Shown here one piece after another: positions 24,601 to 33,600 of a stretch of DNA of 64,000 nt (the stretch's first letter is position 1; each line of letters begins with the position of its first letter). Made by a program: the position numbers and the translations under genes. This stretch comes from Macrostomum lignano. Its lineage: Eukaryota. The stretch covers positions 62,001 to 126,000 of the forward strand of contig NIVC01001870.1 of NCBI GenBank assembly GCA_002269645.1, in the 5' to 3' direction. The notes beneath the pieces were generated by a model, which saw nothing but the letters and a program-made list of their open reading frames with translations, was not told where the DNA came from and made no database searches.

Positions 24601-27600
24601 CCTAATCAAAGCCCAAATCAAAATCATAATCAAAATTCTAATCAAAACCCTAATCAAAAACCTAATCAAAATCCTGATCAAAATCCTGATCAAAAACTAA
24701 TCAAAACCCTAATCTAAACTCTAATTAACCCCCCTAATCAAAGCCCTAATCAAAACCCTGATCAAAACCCTAATCAAAACCCAAATCAAAGCCCTAATCA
24801 AAATCATAATCAAAACCTTAATCAAAACACTAATCAAAATACTTGTCAAAACACTAATGGCAACATATATGGTAACCCTAATCAAACCCTAATCCCTAAT
24901 CATAACGTTAATAAAGCCCTAATGAACCCCAAGCTTAACCTGAAGGTGAGTCCTAAACATTAAAGGATTATTGACCTTTTAAATTCCCCCTAATCAATGA
25001 TCTCATTGATGGAATTTTCGTAAATAAAAAATAATTTAATAATTAATAAATGACCTCAAATGTAATTAACACCGGATGCAGACTCAATTCGAGAATGAAT
25101 CTTTTGAATGAATTCATTCTCAACATTTTCTAACTATAAATTCATGCCTCAGGCAATCCTCATATACAGAAAAAATTTTTTGCGTTTGTATTCGAATATG
25201 TGACCTTACTTCTCTCATCCCGTTTCCCTGTCTCTGTCCACAATGATTGTTTTCTCTCCAACACCTGGGTCTCCGCTTTATAGATGGAGCTACAGTTAGA
25301 GCACCAGGTGCCAGATGCACGGGTATAATTAGATGGGCTGTTTTTCTTATCTTAATTTTGCCCCCCTGACTAAAAATTAAGATGATTGTTGTTTTTGATC
25401 GAATTATTGAAAATTACTACTCGAATAGGTTAAATAACAGTTTTGCTAAAAGTCACAAGGAGCAGAAACCAGCTGGCACTGGGAGCTAAATTCAGGTTGT
25501 CACTGGGAGCTAAATTCAGGCTGTCCCTGGTGTAGTAACTGAGACAGAGGCCGTGTTTGCTGTGTAGCCGAAACTCTTTCACTCTCGCCGCGCTGGGCAC
25601 ACATCTATATATTTAGAGCTAGAATTGGGGTGGCGGCACCCACCCCGCTCTGCAGCCAATCAGACTGCCCGGGCGTACACGTTGGGCTAAGATACCGTGC
25701 GTACGCACACTACATCTCTCCCCCTTCGAATAGAAACTGCGAGAGAAAAAATCGATTTGAACGTAACTCGAAAATACAGAATTTGAAAGATTCACCGACG
25801 ATGTGCATTGAAAACGGAGATTAAAATATTGAGGAAATATAAGACTTGAATCGAATGCCACAGCGAAAATATTAGAAAAACATCTTTAGTCCGCATATTT
25901 CAGAAAAGAAAGTCAGCTAATTTCAATCACTGGATTCAAAATTCAGTCCTTGTAGATTTTCACGCCGCCCCGAGCAGCGCGGGGATGCGGGCGCAGCGCC
26001 ACCGGGGAGGCGGCTGGGTCTCGGGCCGCCTCACCTGGAGCTCTCGGTGCAGCGGTTTGCGGCTGGGCGACGGCGTCGGCCAAGTCGGGACTGACGACCT
26101 TGACCGCCGTGCAGTGCTGCCAGCAGGTTGTGCCATTCCGGCGTAGCAGCAGCGAGTTGCCGGCAACCCGCTGGACCGTCCAGGCACCGCCCTTGAAAGG
26201 CGTCTGCGTCTTGCTGGCACCGACCCGCCGTCGTAGCACCGAGTCGCCAACCTGGACGTCGTGCCGCCGTGGTCGCCTTTTTGCATCCGCGTGCTGCTTC
26301 ATCGCCGCCTTGGCGCCGGCGTCCGCGTCTCTCAGCCGCTGCTCGTTGATGCGGACTCGCTGGGACGGCCGGGCGGCGGGAATGACGTCGTTTGGCCGCC
26401 GGCCCATCGTCAGCTCGCTGGTGCGCGCCCGGTGGCCGTGTGCGGCGAGTTCCTGTAGGCCAGCAGCCACTCGTCCAGAGCAGCCCTCCAGTCCTGCCGC
26501 TCCTCTATGGCTGCGCGCACGACTTTGTTGATGGAGCGGTTTAGCCGCTCCGTCATGCCGTTGGCCGCTGGGTAGTAGGGCATGATGAGGCGGTGCTTGA
26601 TCCCGTAGCTCGCCAGGAACCGGCCGAACTCCTTGGACGAGAAGGGCGGTCCATTGTCCGTCACGAGCTCCTGCGGGATCCCGAAGCGAGCGAACATCTC
26701 TCGTAGGCGGGGAATCAGTGCCTCAGCCATCGTCGTCTGCATGAGCTGCATCTCCGGGAACCTCGAGTAGCGGTCCACGCACACCAGCAGCATGTTGTTG
26801 TTGATGGGTCCCACGAAATCGGCGCCGATCGACAGCCAGGCGCCCGCGGGGATCGGCGTCGACTGCAGAGGCGTGGCCCGGACGGCTGGTGTGTGCGACG
26901 TGACGGCGCAGCTGCGGCATCGACTGACGAACTCCTCCGCTTGAGTTGCCATCCTCGGCCACCAGACCTTCATGGCGAGCCTCGCGATCGTCTTCTGCGA
27001 ACACTGTTGTCCTTGGTACGCCAGTTCGAGCATCTGCTGCCGCAGCTTCGCTGGCACGACGATTCGCTGGTACCAAAGGAGGACCCCGTCCACCGCAGAC
27101 AGCTCTCGCAGCGCATGGAGCGAACGTATCTCGGCGTTGGAGCGATCCCACCGGCCGCCTTGCGTCGCCGCTATCGCCGCCCGGATGACTGGGTCGCTGG
27201 CAGAGCTCTTGCGGATGTCCTCGAGCGTCAGCGCCATCGGCACAGCCGCCTGCGCCACCTCGTTGATGTAGGCCTCCCTCCGCTGTTCGCCAAAACTTCC
27301 GCCGTGTGCGCTTAGGGGTTGCCTGCTGTGTACGTCTGCAGCATTGGAGGCTCCCGGCTGGTACTCGACCTTTTTTTTAGAGGCAGGGGGGTTGTGTGCA
27401 CCCTGGCGCACTTTAGGCGACATAGGCACACAACCGGCGAGAGGCATTACTGCCCATTCCGCCGACTCCCCTGAGCAGGCATACAAGCACGCGGATACGT
27501 ACGCAGGCACACACTCACACAGGAGTGTACAGCGGCCCTAACTTTATCAATTGTTAGGCATGTACACTTCACTGCGCCTTGGGGGGTTGGCTCTCAAGGC

Positions 27601-30600
27601 CGTTAATTGCACAAGCGAGCCAAGCCGAGATTCCAATTCAGCCCCAAATTAATGTGACTGCACTTGGAATCGAGCCTGGGTCGCTGGCACACCAGAGCAG
27701 CTGCGCTACCGCTGGGCTACGGCCCCCCGTACTCGACCTTGAACACTAGGTGCTGGATCCTCAGCGCCATTCGCTCGACTCGTGGAGGCGGCCGCGACCC
27801 AGGCGCGAACATGGCCGTCAGCGGCTTGTGATCGGAGACCACTGTGAACTCGGGCGATCCATGCAGGTAGTACTCAAACTTCAGGCAGCCGAACTTCACG
27901 GCCAGTGCCTCCTTCTCGGTTTGCGAGTATCGCCGCTCGACATCGGATAGGGTTCGGCTGGCGTATGCGACCGGCCTCGAGCTGCCGTCGCGCTGCTGGC
28001 GCCCAGTCCGGTCGACCCCGCGTCCACGATCAGCTGCGTGCGCAGCCGCTTGTCGTAGAAAGCCAGCGTTGTCGGCTCCGCGATGCTGCGCTTCAGCTGC
28101 TCAAAGGCGCTGGCCTGGTCGGCGCCCCACTGCCAGTCGACGCCCTTCCTGGTCAGGCGCCGCAGCGGTTCCGCCACCTTGGCCAGCTGTGGCGTGAAAA
28201 CGGCGAGGTAGTTCACAAGGACCAGGAATGAGCGAAGCTGCCCAATCGACTCGGGCTCCTAGAAGTCTTGAATGGCGGCGACCTTGCTTTCGGTGGCCTG
28301 GACTCCTTCCGCCGTGAGCTGCATTCCCATGAACTCGATGCTGCTGCACGCCACTCGGCACTTCTGAGCGTTCAGCGTGATGCCGTGCTGCGCCAGACGG
28401 GCCAGACATGCCTCGAGGCTGCTGTTGTGCTCCGCCATCGTGCGGCCGAACACGACCACGTCGTCGTGGATCCATTTGACGTTGGGCAGGCCTGTCAGCA
28501 CTCGACTCATCACATTCTGCAGGATCTCCTGGGAGGTGGACAGGCCCATGCACAGCCGGGTGAGACGGCGAAGTCCGCGAGGCGTCGAGAATGTTAGCAG
28601 GTTGCGACATTTCTCGGCCACAGGCACCTGGTAGAACGCCTTCGCGATGTCCAGCTCCGAGAACACGGTGCTGCCGGCCATGTCCCCGGTCACCTCCTCG
28701 AAAGTCGGAATCTGGTGCCGCTCGCGGATGACGTAGCGGTTGACATCGCGGAGGTCCTTCTTGGGCACGACGACCATCCGCGCAACCCACGGCGCTGGAC
28801 CGTCGACGGGCTCAATGATCCCGAGCTGCTCCAGCAGCTGCAGTTCCTTGTCCACCGTGCCTGCCAGGTGGATCGGCACCTTCGAAGGTGCGTGGCAGAC
28901 CGGGCGGGCGCTGTCGGTGAGGTGAATGTCGACAGGCGGCCCGGTGAAGCAGCCGATGCCGTTGAACACGCTGGCGTGCTTGCGCAGCACCCTGCCGATG
29001 TCCTCTACGTGTTCTTGAGGTACTCCGCTGGAACTCGTACCGCTGAGGAGGGTTTCGACCGCCGTCTCCGCTTCAGCGACCTGCAGCACCTGCTGGCCGG
29101 CAGTCGGTGGTGGTCCGACACGCAGGATGTCCATCTGAGTGGCTGTCTGCCTGCCGATGATGGTGATGCCTCTCCCTTCGACGACGTGGAACGTGGCGAC
29201 TGCCTGCCGACCGAAAATGCGGACGGCCATTGCCATCTTGCCCAGCAGATGCATCGGCCGGTCCGACCCGTACGCGAACAGCCAGCCTGTCCGAGGTGGT
29301 CTGCAGGTGCGGCCGCTGTCTCAGACTCTCGAACGTAGCCCGGTTGATCACATTTCGAGCCGCGCCGCTGTCAATCAACACCGAGAGTCTGGAGCCGTTG
29401 ATCTCGGCTACTGTGTGGGCCGACTGCTCACCCTGGTCGACCTCGAACACGCCGGAGTCCGGGTCGTCCACCTTCTGGTAGCTGGTCTCGCCTTGCAGCG
29501 TTGCGACGGCGTTGGCGCCGCTCTGCGGGGCGTCCTGCCTGGACCTGCAGGCTTGTGCGAAGTGGCCCAGCTTCCCGCACGTTCTGCAGCTCTTGCCCTG
29601 CGCTGCGGTGCACGTAGGGTCCCCGATCTGCCGCAGCGATCGCAGGATACGCGCTGCGTCGGTGCCTGCGTTCTTGGCGGCTGACTGTCTCTTCTGACTG
29701 CTGCGAGCTGCTGCGGTTCTCCGGGTCTGTCGCTCTCCATAGCGGTGGCCTGCTGCTCCGCGCCTTTTTGAGCACATCTTCCAGGGAGATGTTGTTGGTC
29801 TGCAAGAAGTCTCTCCTAAGTCTCTCGGACTCGCAGTAGGCGACGATTTTGTCTCGGATCAGCGAGTCTCTGAGGGTCCCGAACTCACATGGCTCTGCCG
29901 CCTTGCGCAGACGCTGATACCACTGGTCGATCGGCTCGCCAGGCTGCTGTCTGCAGGTCTCAAACTTGAAACGCAGGAACGCAATGTTATTCTTTCCGTC
30001 CCAGTACGCCTGGATGTTTTCCGCGAGGCTGTTGTGGTCCTCTCCAGAGACAATCGCGTTCTCTTCGACAACAGCCTGCAGCTCCTCTCCTGCGGCGTAC
30101 AGCAGCAGCTGCTGCCCTTGCACCTTGTCAGTAATTCCAGCTGCATTGAGGTACGTGGCGAAGCGACGAGTCCATGCAGTCCAGCGCTGTGCAGTGGAGT
30201 GGCAATCGCTATCGATTGTAAACGGGCCGGGTGGCGTGAGTGTGATTTGCTGAGTCATGATTTCAAGGGTTCGGTTCTTGCGACGCCATTGTAGTAACTG
30301 AGACAGAGGCCGTGTTTGCTGTGTAGCCGAAACTTTTTCACTCTCGCCGCGCTGGGCACACATCTATATATTTAGAGCTAGAATTGGGGTGGCGGCACCC
30401 ACCCCGCTCTGCAGCCAATCAGACCGCCCGGGCGTACACGTTGGGCTAAGATACCGTGCGTGCGCACACTACACCTGGGAGCTAAATTTACGTTGTCCCT
30501 GGGAGCTAAAATTCAGATTGTCCCTGGGAGCTAAATTTAGGTTGTACCTGGGAGCTAAATCCAGATTGTCCCTGGGAGCTAAATTCAGATTGTCCCTGGG

Positions 30601-33600
30601 AGCTAAATTTAGGTTGGCCCTGGGAGCTAAATTCAGATTGTCCCTGGGAGCTAAATTTAGGTTGTCCCTGGGAGCTAAATCCAGATTGTCCCTGGGAGCT
30701 AAATTCAGATTGTCCCTGGTGTAGGCAGCGCCTACTATCGTGTGTGTGTTGGGGGGTTGTTAGCGGCTGCGCCGCGTGACTCTGCTAGCTCAACCCTTAT
30801 GCGTACAATATCAAATGTGCATGGTGCGACTTTAGCCACCATTCTGACTCAGCTCAATAATTCAATAAATATACTGATCGCTATTATTCTCGCCTGCAAG
30901 CTTTCGGCAACTATCGACTACAACAAGCAGTCTAGCCTCGTTTCACTCACTACAGTGGCATCGCAAGCAACCGCATCCAGCGCGGGGCATGGCCACAAAT
31001 TACATCGCGCTACCGCCCCCCGAACCATTTGTCATCTCTGACGACCCTCACAACGCTGGCAAGCGTTGGCGCGAATGGGCAGCGCGCTTCACAGACTTTA
31101 TCGAGGCGTCCGGAGTTGCAAATGATAACCAGAAGTGCAAGCTGCTCTGCTACACTGCTGGAAAGGAGGTCTCTGATATCGTTCGCGAGCTACCAAAGCC
31201 TCAGGTTGAAGGCGAAGAGAAAGAGCACACATTGGCCAGCATCTTCGACGGACTGAAGCGCCATTTCGACGACAGGAAAAACATCGTTTTTGCGAGATAC
31301 CAATTTCGCCTGTGCATCCAACAAGCCGGTGAGAAAATCGAGGCCTGGCACAGCAGACTGCGGGCGGCAGCCGAACCGTGCGAATTCGAAAACCTGAGGG
31401 ACTCGCTCATCCGGGACCAGCTCGTCGCGACATGTACCTCCGACAAACTGCGCAGACGACTGCTCCAAGAAGCAGACATCACGCTGGAGGATGCCCTGCG
31501 GAAGGCCAGAGCATTCGAGGCTGCGGAAGAGCAGGCTGCTGAGATGGATAAGACCACCGACGCCCAGGTAGCTAGCCTGGCCAGGAGCAGCAAAACAGCG
31601 ACAGACAGACGCGGACCCGCCAGCGAACCGAGATCAAAGCCGAGCCAGATGAACACCTGCTACCGATGCGGCGAGCGTGGCCACGCCACCTGCGACGCAG
31701 CCAGGGGCAGGATCTGCAATAACTGCGGTAAGCCAAATCACCTGGCCAAGGCGTGCCGTCAACCGCGCTCAGCCGGCAGCAGAGCCCGGCAGCAGATCAA
31801 CGCCAACGCAGACTGCACGGTCCCTGACGCCATCGCCAGCGAAGACGTGTTCACCCTGCATAGAAACGGCACCTACCCGGCTGAGGTCTCGCTGAAAGTC
31901 CAAGTGGGAAGTCGGCAGCTCTCGATGATGATCGACAGCGGTGCCAGCTGCAGCATTATGAGCAGCCGCACTTTCAAGACGCTCAATCGGCCTCACCTGC
32001 GAACTCCAGAATCGGAAGTCAGAGCCTATGGCTGCTCTGCACCACTCAACATCTTCGGAATCGCCGACCTGGAAGTTCGCGTCGGAGCAGTCAGCACTGT
32101 CGTGCCCTTCCACATCATGGATGGCGATGGTCTCACAATACTCGGTCGCGATCCCGCACTCAGGCTCGGAGTTCTCAAAATTCAGCGCCCGGAGTTCAAT
32201 GCGACGGAAGTTGTGAATTCGAACAGCGACTCGGCGCGTCCGTCGCCACAGCTTCAGGACATTCTACACCGGCACAAAGCAGTCTTCGAAGGCATCGGAT
32301 TCATCAAAGGTGTACAGGTCAGAGTGCAGCTGTCAGACAACGCCGTGCCAGTCTGCCACGCGCCATCCCGGGTGGCGGCGCACCTGAGAGCAGCCGTGGT
32401 GGATGAGCTGAAGGCACTGGAGCGGCAGGACATCATCGAGTCAGTCAAGGGTCCCAGCGCCTGGGTGGCACGCATGGTCGTGGTGCCCAAGACCGATGGC
32501 GGCGTTAGGATCTGCCAAGACCTTCGCGACCTGAACGCCTTTGTGGTCCCCGAAAAGCAGCAGATTCCGACCCTGGATGAGGTCACCGAGGAGATGTCCG
32601 GAGCCAAGCTGTTCAGCGAGCTGGACATCCGGAAAGCCTTCTACCAGATTCCGGTGCACGAGGACAGCCGCCATCTCTTCACGTTCAGCACGCCGCTCGG
32701 ACTGATGCGACTCAAGAGGCTGAGTATGGGCTTCACCAACGCTTCGGAGATCCTTCAGCGGGTCATGCTGGGCATCCTCAGCGGCATCGACGGTGTCAGG
32801 TGGGTCCACGACGACGTCATCGTCTACGCCGCGGATGCCAAGCAGCACCACGACAGACTGGACGCCTGCCTTCACCGCCTCCGCGAATTCGGCATCACGC
32901 TGAACAAGGACAAGTGCAAGTTCGCCAAACCGGCTGTCGAATTTCTCGGGATGCACCTGTCTGCCAAAGGCATCCAACCAGCTGCTGAGAAAATCCGCGC
33001 AATGCAAGACTTCCGGCAGCCCGCCAATGTCTCAGATGTTCGGTCGTTTCTCGGCACCGCAAACTTTCTGGCGAAATTCATCCCAAGATTCGACGACGTG
33101 TCAGCCCCGCTGCGCCATTTGACCAAGAAGGGCCAGCCATGGGAATGGACTGCCAGCCACACTGAAGCATTCAGCACAATCAAGAAGGCCATCGCCGGAG
33201 CCGACACGCTGGCGTTCTTCGACCGCAAGCGGCAGACGGAGCTTCTGGTGGACGCATCTCCCATCGGTCTCGGCGCCATCCTCACCCAGAAGCAGCCAGA
33301 CGGCAGCAGCAGACCCGTGGCCTACGCCAGCCGAGCTCTGTCGCCAGTGGAGCAGCGCTATGCTCAGATCGAACGGGAGGCGCTGGCCATCAAGTTTGCC
33401 TGCCTGAAGTTCGAGCATTATCTGGCAGGCGACCCGAACTTCACCGTCGTGACGGACCATCGACCTCTTGTGCCGCTCTTTAAGCCGGGGTCTCGTCCTC
33501 CGCCGCGCATAGAGCGGATGGCCCTCCGCATCCAGCACCTCCGCTTCACTTTGTTGTACCGGCCAGGACCTGCCAATCCGGCCGATCTGCTGAGCCGCCA

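Larger units (their letters stand above)
25531..30473 (-). mobile_element. Gypsy/Mag-like LTR retrotransposon A (decayed)
   Basis: 184-bp LTRs 25531-25714 and 30290-30473 (TGTAGT...ACTACA, 3 mismatches); TSD CCTGG at 25526-25530 and 30474-30478; PBS-like TGGCGTCGCAAG next to the 5' LTR; PPT GAAGGGGGAGAGA; gag-PR-RT-RH-INT order. Confidence 0.95.
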
